Positions 47,297-58,244 of a stretch of DNA of 64,000 bases are shown here, in pieces. A program made the translations under genes and the position numbers. Numbering within the stretch: position 1 is the stretch's first letter; every line of letters begins with the position of its first letter. The notes below the pieces were generated by a model. That model was not told the DNA's origin. It did not search any database and saw nothing but the letters and a program-made list of their open reading frames with translations. Source of the DNA: Tepidisphaera sp. (lineage in GTDB: Bacteria > Planctomycetota > Phycisphaerae > Phycisphaerales > UBA1924); assembly GCA_050916045.1 (NCBI GenBank), contig CP051526.1, positions 2,624,001 to 2,688,000 of the forward strand, given 5' to 3'.

Positions 47297-48421
47297 ATGC
47301 ACGGACACGGACCAACCCCCCACAGCCTCCCGCGTGCGCTTGCCGCGGCCGGGGCCGTCGCTCTGTGGTGCGTGGTCGCATCGTGCGGCACGTCGTCGGC
47401 ACCTTCGCCGCAAGGGGGAGGAGCGGATGCCGGTGAGAGCGGACCCGTTTCGGGCACGTCGCCCGGTGCGGTCGCTTCGACGATCGATTTCAAAGCGACC
47501 GAAGCCCCGTGGATGTTCGAGACGACGCCGGGTCGGCTGATCAAGACGCCGTCGTACGAGCTTTACACGACGCTTCCGAAGGGACCTCTTGCGGACCGGA
47601 TGCCGGGGTTCCTTGAGCGAGCGCTGTTCCATTACACGTCGGAGATCGCGGACCTGCCCAAGCCGAAGGTGCCGCTTGAGACGTACCTGTTCGCGACGCG
47701 GCCGCAGTGGAACCGGCTGACGCAGCGGCTTTTGGGCGAGGATGCGGGGCCGTTTCTTCGGATCGATCGGGGCGGGTTCAGCCACCGTGGCCGCGGGGTG
47801 TTTTACGATCTGGGTCCGATCAACGACACGCTGACGATCGCTGCGCACGAGGGGTGGCATCAGTACATCCAGACGACGTTCCGCGACCCCCTGCCGATCT
47901 GGCTTGACGAGGGCGTGGCGACGTACATGGAGGGGTTCAGGCCGAGCCCGGAGGATCCGAACCTGCCGGTGTTCATGCCTTGGGCGAATCTTGAGCGTTA
48001 CGAGACGCTTCGGTTTTCGGTGGGTCGCCGCCGAGCCATGCCGCTTGAGGAACTGCTCCGGACGTCGCCGCAGGCGCTGCTTGAGAAGGACGACTGGGCG
48101 CCGCTTCGGTATTACGCGCAGGTGTGGGCTCTGATCCACTTCCTGCGTGAGGGAGAGGGCGGGATCTACGAGAAAGCTCTGTCGTCGATGCTGACGGATG
48201 CGGCGATGGGCCGTGCGGTGCGTGTGGTCGAGGAGCGGCTGGGCCGCTCGGCGGCGGATGCGTACCGGTTGCGGCGCGACGGCCTCATTCTTTTCACGGC
48301 GTATGTGAATCCGGACATCGCGCTCGCGGATGCGCAGTTCAAGAAGTTCACCGAGCTTCTGCTTCAGCGCGGCGTGCGGACGAAAGTCAGCCAGGGTCAG
48401 TCTCCGATCCTGACGCCGTAG
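47297..48421 (+). CDS. Lipoprotein, putative zinc metallopeptidase (DUF1570-like gluzincin)
   Basis: Lipobox VASC; HEGWHQY followed by PIWLDEGVATYME; YAQVWALIHFL. Confidence 0.8.
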   Translation: MHGHGPTPHSLPRALAAAGAVALWCVVASCGTSSAPSPQGGGADAGESGPVSGTSPGAVASTIDFKATEAPWMFETTPGRLIKTPSYELYTTLPKGPLADRMPGFLERALFHYTSEIADLPKPKVPLETYLFATRPQWNRLTQRLLGEDAGPFLRIDRGGFSHRGRGVFYDLGPINDTLTIAAHEGWHQYIQTTFRDPLPIWLDEGVATYMEGFRPSPEDPNLPVFMPWANLERYETLRFSVGRRRAMPLEELLRTSPQALLEKDDWAPLRYYAQVWALIHFLREGEGGIYEKALSSMLTDAAMGRAVRVVEERLGRSAADAYRLRRDGLILFTAYVNPDIALADAQFKKFTELLLQRGVRTKVSQGQSPILTP

Positions 48422-48438
48422 TACCACCGAAAGCCACC

Positions 48439-49029
48439 ATGACGCCTGACAAGCCCACGCTCTCGCCCGCCGATGTTCTGCTCAAGGGAGCCTGGGTCGA
48501 GGATGAGAGCGGCGTGCGGAGCGATGCGGTCTGCGAGCGGATCAAAGCGATTCTGCCGTCGCTGCGGCGGCGGGCCGTCTCGCCCGACGGAGACTGCACG
48601 CTTCTGCAGGATCTGGCCGACGGACGCTACTGGGAGCACAGCTACCCGCAAAGCGAGGGTCACGGGGGCGGAGCGCCGCAGTTGGAGCACGTGTCGGGCT
48701 ACTACGCGCGATCCAAGTACGAGCTGGAATCCCGGGACGATCGGCACGCCGCTGCGTTCAACGCGCTTTGCGCATCGGTCGAACGCACGTGCGTCGAGCT
48801 CATCAGCGCGGGGGACGCAGCCTTGGCGAAAGCTCTTGAGCGGCCGCTTCGCCATGTCGAATGGGCATCGCTGGATGAACTGATCAAGGAACTCAACCGG
48901 CAGGTCGAGGGTGCGCTGCTCCGCGAGAACAGCGCTCATTTGCGGTGGGTGCTGACGAATCTGAGCCTCGGCCTCGCGCGTTTCACTTCGCCCGCTTCTC
49001 CAGGGCTTCCAGGGTCTCGCGAACCGTGA
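48439..49029 (+). CDS. Imm27-like immunity protein with C-terminal extension
   Basis: L.G.W...D..C.RI..., LLQDLADGRYWEHSYPQSEGHGGGAPQL...KY. Confidence 0.7.
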   Translation: MTPDKPTLSPADVLLKGAWVEDESGVRSDAVCERIKAILPSLRRRAVSPDGDCTLLQDLADGRYWEHSYPQSEGHGGGAPQLEHVSGYYARSKYELESRDDRHAAAFNALCASVERTCVELISAGDAALAKALERPLRHVEWASLDELIKELNRQVEGALLRENSAHLRWVLTNLSLGLARFTSPASPGLPGSREP

Positions 49030-50908
49030 TGAGCGCGAGGGCGGAGGCTTCCCCGGGCATTTTGGGGTCCCAGGGCGAGATCCTGACGCCCCATCGGGCT
49101 TTCGCGGGTTCGCGGCACATCGTGAGCGTCCAATCGTCGGCGCAGAGCTGTCGCGCGAACCTCAAGCAGGGCATGAGTCGGACCAGCTCGCGCTCGAAAT
49201 CCGCTTTGGGCGTGATCCCTTCATCGCCGAGCATCATCGCCAGGCCCGCGATGATGCGGAGGGACTGAGCCGTGGGAAGCGGCGGCCGCGACCCCGGGAA
49301 GACGACGCCGCCGATGAGATCCGTGCCGTCCTCGCCCGCATCAACCGCGGTCACGACGAAGCCGTAGGCCTTCTCGCGCAGGGCGCGGAGGGGCATGATC
49401 GCTTCGGGACGCACTTTGCCCCCGCCGAGCACACGTTCGGCCGCGATCAGCCAGGGCGAATGCGAGGCAAGGTCCATCATCACGCCCCGCTCGTCGGGCG
49501 TGTACATCGAATCGGCGATCTTCTTCGCCAGGTCGCGGTTGGGAACGGTGGTCGAGAGAGCCCACACCAGCATCCCCGCTTCATCGAGCGCGGCGTCGGA
49601 CTTGACCGCGGCGAGACAGGAATCCACGGCACGCGGCGCTCCGCCTTCCTTGGCTTTCGCCCAGTCGATCCCCGCCTCGGCGGCGAGGCTTGTCGCGATC
49701 ACGGCGAGCATCGCGGACCGCGGGTCCTTCGTCGGATCGGGCTTGGCGTCCTTGGAGAACATGCCGGCAAGGATCCGCTCCGCGGCGTCGCGTGAAGCCT
49801 GGTCGCGTTTGTCGAAGGCGCCCCACGACGAGAGCGCTGCCGCGACGAGAGCCTGTTCGGAAGCGGGCGCGACGTCCGGCTCATGGCGGCCCCGCACGGG
49901 GCTGTAAAGGCCGCGAAGGCCGAGAAACGGCGACTCCTGCTCGACGCGGAGGCGAGAAGCAAGGTGCAGCGCGATGCCCCGGCCCATCTCGCGGAGATTG
50001 GCTTGCGAAACCTCGAGAAGGGGGAAGGCCCGTCCTCCGCGGACAAGGAAGCTGCCCGGGTCGGAGGGTGACATCTGCCCGATCTGCACCACCGCGAACT
50101 TGAAGAACGAAACACCGTCGCGGGCGGAGACCTTCTCCGGCTGGGCTTCGGGGTCGACACGCAGACCCTTGGCCGGGTCGCCGAGGATCTCGCCGGTCAA
50201 CGTCGCCAGAGCCTGCCCGGGGAGCGTGCCCGTCGCGAGCATCGAGAGCGGGAAGGTGTGCCGCGTCGTCTTCGCGTTGCGAGCGGCGAGGCCGAAGACG
50301 CCGGGCGAGACCGCTTCGTCAACCTCGTCGAAGGTCCGCTCGCGGAGGGGCACCAGCGTGCCCGCGAGTTCGAGCGTGATGGTCATCTGCGTCGCCAGTT
50401 CGCGTCGGCGGGCGTCGGCGAGCGCATCATCGGCGACGGGAAGGCTCCGGGCCGCGTCCGCGATGGCTTCGCGAGCCGCTCGCCAGACGGTGCCCGCATC
50501 GCCGCCGGAATCAACGCCCGTGCCGATCGCTTCGCCAAGAAGCCGCAGGGTGACGCTCGCGGCCGGGACCGCGATGAGCCCCTCGGGCGCGGTTTCCGGA
50601 GCTTTCATCGCGAGCACCCATTCGCGGACGTTGGTAAACGCCGCGATGGACGCGGAAGCGTCGGGGACCGTCGCCGCCGGCGTGACCGCGGGCGCAACCG
50701 CAGGCTGCCCGTTCGCGGGTGAACTGAACCCGATCCCCAACGCGACGGCGATCCCCAGAATCACCGCTGTGGTGTGGGCGCGACACGGGGTGATGCACGC
50801 ACGCAACAGATCGCTTCCGGCGGCACGAGAGCCGATGACCGGCCGGGGCGTAGGTCCGACAAAAACGCCATCGGCGAGGGCACGACCGCGGAGAAGCAGG
50901 GTTGCCAT
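48983..50908 (-). CDS. Hypothetical exported protein (possible AMMECR1-like N-terminal region plus helical domain)
   Basis: Long ORF with good codon usage and a signal-like segment; ASVTLR..G...G.G; start uncertain. Confidence 0.65.
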   Translation of the reverse strand: MATLLLRGRALADGVFVGPTPRPVIGSRAAGSDLLRACITPCRAHTTAVILGIAVALGIGFSSPANGQPAVAPAVTPAATVPDASASIAAFTNVREWVLAMKAPETAPEGLIAVPAASVTLRLLGEAIGTGVDSGGDAGTVWRAAREAIADAARSLPVADDALADARRRELATQMTITLELAGTLVPLRERTFDEVDEAVSPGVFGLAARNAKTTRHTFPLSMLATGTLPGQALATLTGEILGDPAKGLRVDPEAQPEKVSARDGVSFFKFAVVQIGQMSPSDPGSFLVRGGRAFPLLEVSQANLREMGRGIALHLASRLRVEQESPFLGLRGLYSPVRGRHEPDVAPASEQALVAAALSSWGAFDKRDQASRDAAERILAGMFSKDAKPDPTKDPRSAMLAVIATSLAAEAGIDWAKAKEGGAPRAVDSCLAAVKSDAALDEAGMLVWALSTTVPNRDLAKKIADSMYTPDERGVMMDLASHSPWLIAAERVLGGGKVRPEAIMPLRALREKAYGFVVTAVDAGEDGTDLIGGVVFPGSRPPLPTAQSLRIIAGLAMMLGDEGITPKADFERELVRLMPCLRFARQLCADDWTLTMCREPAKARWGVRISPWDPKMPGEASALALITVRETLEALEKRAK

Positions 50909-51329
50909 CGATTGGCACGCCCGTTGAATCATCTTCCAGCACAACCCAAGACCTGGAGAGCCCGCCATGCTGAGCCTGATCGAAATGACCGAAAGCCGCC
51001 GCCGAATCGCCATCCTCTGCCTCCTCAGCTTCGTCGCTCTCTGCTAGTCATTCGCGGCACCCCCAGACCGCCTCCAAGCCCGTCAGCCGCCCGACCTTAC
51101 GCCAGCCGATCCGGTACGCGGCACGAATTCGTGCTGTTCCATAGCCGGACCTCACTCCGAAAATCGACCGCCATCTTGCGTCAGCCGGTTCGAACGTGGC
51201 ACACGTTCGTGTCGCACGTTTTCGGGAGGATCTTAGTGGGTTCCTTTGGGTGAATCGATTGCGTCGCTCGCCGGGTCATGGTAACGTGCGGCCCCATCGG
51301 ACCGCGTCGGTCCGACCAGGAGCAAACGC

Positions 51330-52739
51330 ATGAAACGACTCGCATCAATCGGATTGATCGGATTCGTGACGATCGCCGCGCCCGCGCAGGCGCAGGTGGA
51401 GGTCGGAACCGTTGCACCAACACCTCCACCTCCGATCGATCATCTCAGGAGCGGTCGCGACATCGCGGCCGCGCCCGACGGGGGGGTGTGCGTGACCGGC
51501 GGAGGTGTTCGCGCGGTTCGGTTCAACGCTTCGCGCGGCCTGCTGTGGGAAACGATGTACGAGTGGGACCCCGCGATCGGGCTTTGGCTTGAAGCCGAGA
51601 GCATCCAGAACACCCGCGCTGAGAAGGGCTGGATCATGGCCGCCGCGGGAGGTGCGACTCTAGCCGAGACCGGCTGCTTCCCGCAGCACGATGCGTTGAT
51701 CCGCATCAAGGACAGCGGGCTGTTCGCCTGGGCGGTTCGTTTCCCGGGAGATCACGCTCTCGACTACGCCGGATACAAGTACCCCCCCAACATCCAGGTG
51801 CGGGAACTGCCCGACGGCTCGTTCTTCGCGGTCGCGACTCGGATGACGCGGAACGAAGAGCTCAACTGCTCACGCCTCTGCGCCAACAGTTCCACGGGCG
51901 TGGCCCTCCGGGTCTCGGGCAGCGGCACGCCCCTCTTCGCCCGGGAGTACGGGTACAACGGGCAGGCGGCCAAGTCCGAGATGGTGTTCGCCGACCTCAC
52001 CGTGATCGGGCAGCACGTCTATGTGCTCGGGACGGTCGATACCGGCGGCGGCTGCAACAACGGCCACGCCAACTTCAACACCATCCTGGTCAAGATGGAC
52101 TTCAACGGGAACGTCATCCAGACCTGGGAGTACGACAGGCCGGCCGCCGAAGGCGCGCACGACTGGGCGAGCTCGATCTGCTCCATCGGGAACATCGCGT
52201 ATTTCAGCTTCGTCGATCACATGCCGCATTACGAAGCCGGCGACTCGACGGTCGTCGCGCTCAACACCGCCACTTCGGCGATGCTCTGGGCCAACGTCTA
52301 TCCCGACTATCACATCAACTACGGCAGTCTTGAGCCGGGCCGCCCCGGGGCGCTGATCTCCGGCGGTCACCAGGGGCCCAACAACACGCGAGCGGCGGGG
52401 ATCTCCACGGCGACGGGATTCCCGATCTGGTTCCGGTCGTACAAGGACCCGATCCACACGCCGCCCGCGTTCGACCAGATCACCGGAGTCTGCACCGGCG
52501 GACCGGCGAGCGGATACTGGCTGATGACCACCGCCCAGAGCAACGTGCTCTACCTGATGGGAACCACCTCGACGGGGGCGACGGTCTGCTCATCCGAAGC
52601 GGTGTCGATCCCCGTTTCCCGCGCGGCACTGACCACGCGACAGGCCACCGTCGCGCACTTCCGAACGCTCCAGGTGAGCCCGCTCGACATGACCACAACG
52701 TACCTTCCGACCGAGACGATCAACCCTTGCCGGCGCTGA
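51330..52739 (+). CDS. Secreted Cys-containing beta-rich (propeller-like) protein
   Basis: AGGAG RBS, signal peptide AQA-Q; repeated G.LLW..Y / LVKMDFNGNVI blades. Confidence 0.8.
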   Translation: MKRLASIGLIGFVTIAAPAQAQVEVGTVAPTPPPPIDHLRSGRDIAAAPDGGVCVTGGGVRAVRFNASRGLLWETMYEWDPAIGLWLEAESIQNTRAEKGWIMAAAGGATLAETGCFPQHDALIRIKDSGLFAWAVRFPGDHALDYAGYKYPPNIQVRELPDGSFFAVATRMTRNEELNCSRLCANSSTGVALRVSGSGTPLFAREYGYNGQAAKSEMVFADLTVIGQHVYVLGTVDTGGGCNNGHANFNTILVKMDFNGNVIQTWEYDRPAAEGAHDWASSICSIGNIAYFSFVDHMPHYEAGDSTVVALNTATSAMLWANVYPDYHINYGSLEPGRPGALISGGHQGPNNTRAAGISTATGFPIWFRSYKDPIHTPPAFDQITGVCTGGPASGYWLMTTAQSNVLYLMGTTSTGATVCSSEAVSIPVSRAALTTRQATVAHFRTLQVSPLDMTTTYLPTETINPCRR

Positions 52740-52756
52740 CCACGCCGACCCGGCCG

Positions 52757-52797
52757 AAAAAACAACGCGGGCCCGGGAGTCGTTCCCGGGCCCGCGT
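52757..52797 (-). terminator. Intrinsic terminator of rpsA, possibly bidirectional
   Basis: 14 bp stem ACGCGGGCCCGGGA/TCCCGGGCCCGCGT with T6 on the minus strand. Confidence 0.85.
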
Positions 52798-52840
52798 CAT
52801 TCGTTGAACACGCCCGCGTCAAGCGACAAGGGCGTGAGGC

Positions 52841-54631
<1,791 letters not shown>

Positions 54632-55037
54632 GCACAACCTTTGCGGGCTCCGGGACGAACGCCGGGAAGGTGGCGATCGGCGACGGGACCCTGACCCTTC
54701 GTCCTGCGGCACACGCCGAGGACGACGGGCTTGCCCCAACGGGGCGGTTCGGGTAACCAAGAATGTCCGCCTCGCATCATGCGAGAACCACGGAACCGGC
54801 CTTCCCCGCCGGTAACTGGATTCTAGGCCTGTTTCCAGCGGTCAAGCCCGCCCGCCCCCCCCTCCAGGCCCCCCCACCCCGCTCCCACCTCGCACCCGCC
54901 CGCCAACACCGGTCGGGGGCCGATTTCGGATAGACCGCCGGGGGGCGAGACGTGTTGCTTCGCGCGGGCCGGCGCGGCCTCGCCCAGAGTGGCCGAGCAC
55001 TGTGCAAAACCCCTGCCAACGTCCGATACTGTCTGCC

Positions 55038-56420
55038 ATGCTCCGCTCGTTCCAGGTTGTGGCGTTGTGCGTCCTCGCGCTCCTTTGCGTCGGGGTCGTG
55101 ATGGTCAATTCGGCGTCAATGGAGATCGCGCCCCCGGCCCGGGCGGCGGCCGCGGCTTCGGCGGAGGGAGCCGCCGGCCCAGCCGTTCCCGAGCCGGCCG
55201 AACTCGATCCGTCGAGTGGGGTCGTGGCGTCGCAGACGCCAGCGGCACGCGAACTTTCGGTGGTTCAGATCGTGCGCTCGCCGCACGCGATTTTCATGGT
55301 GATCGCCCTCTTCGCGATGACGGTCGCCGCTTTCCTGCCGGTACGGCAATTGGCCGAGCGGTGGGCCCCTTCGGACTCTCTGCTTCAGCGTGAGAACATG
55401 GAGCGGGACCACCGCTCCGGGCTCATGGTGCTGGCGCTGGGGTGCGGCGTGCTTCTGGCGATTCTGGGGCTGGTGTATCTGGCGGGGATCGGCAAATCGG
55501 CCAAGGGTGCGGAGCGCTGGCTTCGGATCCCGATGCCGGTGATCGGCCAGCTCTCGGTGCAGCCGAGCGAGATTGCGAAGTGGACGCTTCTGGGCGTGGT
55601 CGCGTGGTACGCGACCAAGCGGGCAGCGATCCTTCCGCTTTTCTGGGCCGGGCTGGTGCCGGCGCTGATCGGGGTGGGTGCGGTGGCCGGCCTGATCGTC
55701 AAGGAAGACCTCGGTACCGGGGCGCTGGTCGGAGCGGCAGCGGCCTTGGTGCTGATCGCGGGCGGAGCAAAGCTCTGGCACCTTCTGCTCCTGTCGCCGC
55801 TTGCTCTTGGAGCGGTGGTCGCGGCGATCGCGACCAGCAGCTACCGGGTCAAGCGGATCACGGCGTTCCTCGACCCCTACGCCGACCCGCAGGAGACCGG
55901 ATACCACATGATCCAGTCGATGGGCGCGGTGAGCAGCGGCGGCCTTTTCGGCCGCGGCCTGGGGAACGGGATCCAGAAGTTCGGGTACCTGCCCGAGGAC
56001 ACCAACGACTTCATCTTCGCGATCATCTGCGAGGAGCTCGGGGCCCCGGGCGCGCTGATGGTGATCACGCTCTTCATCTGCCTGCTCTGGGCTTCGTACA
56101 TCATCGTCGCCCGCGAGCACAACCGGCTGCTCAAGCTCTTCGCGCTGGGGATCGTGGCGACCGTCGGCCTCCAAGCGTTGATCAACCTCGCGGTCGTGAC
56201 CGCGATGGGACCGACCAAGGGCATCGCTCTCCCGCTGGTTTCTTCGGGCGGCACGGGCTGGACGCTCACCGCGTTCTCGCTCGGGCTTCTGATCGCCATC
56301 GGTCGGACGCAGAGCGTCGCGGTGCAGACGTATGACGAGCCCGGTCTCGCCGTGCGCCCCGCGCCGAACACGCCCGCACGGACGGACATTCCTCCCTCTT
56401 CGCGGCTCACTCCCGCATGA
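55038..56420 (+). CDS. ftsW: SEDS peptidoglycan glycosyltransferase FtsW/RodA
   Basis: GAERWL, QPSEIAK, DLGT, GYHMIQS, YLPEDTNDFIFAIICEELG, PTKGIALPLVSSGG; directly upstream of murG. Confidence 0.92.
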   Translation: MLRSFQVVALCVLALLCVGVVMVNSASMEIAPPARAAAAASAEGAAGPAVPEPAELDPSSGVVASQTPAARELSVVQIVRSPHAIFMVIALFAMTVAAFLPVRQLAERWAPSDSLLQRENMERDHRSGLMVLALGCGVLLAILGLVYLAGIGKSAKGAERWLRIPMPVIGQLSVQPSEIAKWTLLGVVAWYATKRAAILPLFWAGLVPALIGVGAVAGLIVKEDLGTGALVGAAAALVLIAGGAKLWHLLLLSPLALGAVVAAIATSSYRVKRITAFLDPYADPQETGYHMIQSMGAVSSGGLFGRGLGNGIQKFGYLPEDTNDFIFAIICEELGAPGALMVITLFICLLWASYIIVAREHNRLLKLFALGIVATVGLQALINLAVVTAMGPTKGIALPLVSSGGTGWTLTAFSLGLLIAIGRTQSVAVQTYDEPGLAVRPAPNTPARTDIPPSSRLTPA

Positions 56421-57559
56421 GCACCTCGCCACTCAGTGTTCTGTTCGCGGGCGGCGGCACGGGCGGGCACATCTTCCCCAACCTGGCGACGCTCGAAGCA
56501 CTGCAAGCCGACGGCGGCGTCCCCCCCACCGCTCACTTTCTGCTTTCCGACCGCACGATCGACGCTTCGATCGCGGCCGAGCACGGGCTTGCGTTCACGG
56601 CGCTCCCGGCGCGGCCGTTCGGACTCTCGCCCAGGACGCTTTACCGGTTTGTGACGCACTGGGGCGGCTCGGTGCGTGAAGCTCGCAGGGTCATCCGCGA
56701 CCACAAAGCTCGCGGACGCGTCGTGATCGTCGCCACCGGCGGGTTCGTGTCAGCTCCGTGCGTGCAAGCGGCCCGGGCCGAACGTGTGCCGGTGGTCATG
56801 GTCAATCTCGACGCGGTGCCGGGGCGGGCCAACCGCTGGGCGGCCGGCCACGCGGCCAAGGTCCTCACCGCGGCGACGGTGGCGAAAGGCCCGGGGCGGA
56901 ACTGGACGACGATCCCGCCGATCGTGCGAGCGGCGGCACGAGCCCCTGGCGACCCTGCTCACTGCCGCACGCTCCTGGGGCTTGATGCCGACCTGTCGGT
57001 GCTGCTTGTGACCGGAGCGAGTCTGGGCGCACGATCGATCAACCAGTTCATGGGCAAGCTCGCGTTCGATGAGCGGCCGGCGTTCTCGGGGTGGCAGATC
57101 CTGCACCAGACGGGCGGGACCGATGCGGACGCCCAAGCGTGCGCGGAGACCTACAAGCAAGCGGGGATCCGTGCGGTGGTCCAGCCGTTCGTCAAGAACA
57201 TGGGCCTCTGGTGGGGCGCGGCGGAACTGGCTTTGGGCCGCTGCGGAGCCGGGATCGTCGCTGAAGCGTGGGCCAACACCGTCCCCGCGGTGTTCATGCC
57301 GTACCCGTACCACAAAGATGAGCACCAACGAGCCAACGCCCAGCCGCTCGCGTCGGTCGGAGCCGCGGAGATCGTCACCGACCTGATCGACCCGGCGGCG
57401 AACGCCAAAGGCGTGGGGGCGACGCTGGTCGCGCTGCTCACCAACCCGGGCCGGCGCGACGAAATGCGCAAAGCCTGCGCGTCGCTCGGCCCCGCGAACG
57501 GTGCGGAGCGGGTCGCGGCGGCGGTGCGCGAGGTGGCGGCGGGGTTGGTTTCGCCGTGA
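56417..57559 (+). CDS. murG: Lipid II GlcNAc transferase MurG
   Basis: GGGTGGHIFP, GGFVS, PGRANR, GASLGA..IN, HQTG, HQRANA. Confidence 0.93.
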   Translation: MSTSPLSVLFAGGGTGGHIFPNLATLEALQADGGVPPTAHFLLSDRTIDASIAAEHGLAFTALPARPFGLSPRTLYRFVTHWGGSVREARRVIRDHKARGRVVIVATGGFVSAPCVQAARAERVPVVMVNLDAVPGRANRWAAGHAAKVLTAATVAKGPGRNWTTIPPIVRAAARAPGDPAHCRTLLGLDADLSVLLVTGASLGARSINQFMGKLAFDERPAFSGWQILHQTGGTDADAQACAETYKQAGIRAVVQPFVKNMGLWWGAAELALGRCGAGIVAEAWANTVPAVFMPYPYHKDEHQRANAQPLASVGAAEIVTDLIDPAANAKGVGATLVALLTNPGRRDEMRKACASLGPANGAERVAAAVREVAAGLVSP

Positions 57560-57602
57560 GAATCGCAGTTATTCGGCCTTGGTGCGCGATCGCGGAGCAG
57601 GT

Positions 57603-58244
57603 ATGATGCAACCGATGTCGCTCGCCAAGAGCCAACTCAACGGGATCGCCGCACGCTGCGTGCTGCTTTGTCCGCCTCGGATGACGCCCGAGACCGAGTT
57701 GCTCGATGCGCTCAATCGCCCCGATCTTGCGCTGATTCGCACGGACAACGTGTACGTCGCGATGGCGGAGCTTTGCGCGGCGGCGCGACGTGAAGTCAAA
57801 GCGATGAAAGCGGGCGAGCGGACCGAGGGTCTGATTCTGCTTCTCGCGTATCCGACCAAGCTGACGGATCCGGCCGCGCTGGTGCGCACGGCGGAGCGAT
57901 ATGCGCCGCACGCATCGATCTGGCTGTTCGATCCGGCGGGGACGCCGCGGCTTCGCGCGGTCCGGGTGGCGGATGTGGAGAGTTGGGCAAATTTGAGCGA
58001 ACCGCGTCCGGCGGCGAACAGACCGGCGCCGGCACCGGTAGTTCCACGGGGTCAGAGCGCGACTCCAAGCAGAAATCGCGCGACAGAGCAGTTATCGGCC
58101 GAAACTTCCGAGCGGAAAGTGGCCATCGGGTCACAAGATGGGAAAGATCGGCAAGCTGGGGGGCTTCTGAGTTCTGAAGAACTCTCAATGTTGTTGGCGA
58201 TTGACCCGCTGGGCGGAGACAATGACGACGATCGGTCTTCCTGA
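57603..58244 (+). CDS. Hypothetical protein
   Basis: Alpha/beta N-terminal domain, Pro/Ala linker, terminal LLSSEELSMLL helix; overlaps the GGDEF gene start. Confidence 0.7.
   Translation: MMQPMSLAKSQLNGIAARCVLLCPPRMTPETELLDALNRPDLALIRTDNVYVAMAELCAAARREVKAMKAGERTEGLILLLAYPTKLTDPAALVRTAERYAPHASIWLFDPAGTPRLRAVRVADVESWANLSEPRPAANRPAPAPVVPRGQSATPSRNRATEQLSAETSERKVAIGSQDGKDRQAGGLLSSEELSMLLAIDPLGGDNDDDRSS

Noticed and set aside
54820..54845. Sigma-70 -35/-10 pair TTGACC/TAGAAT for rpsA
   Set aside because: The spacer is only 14 bp; only the -10 element is credible
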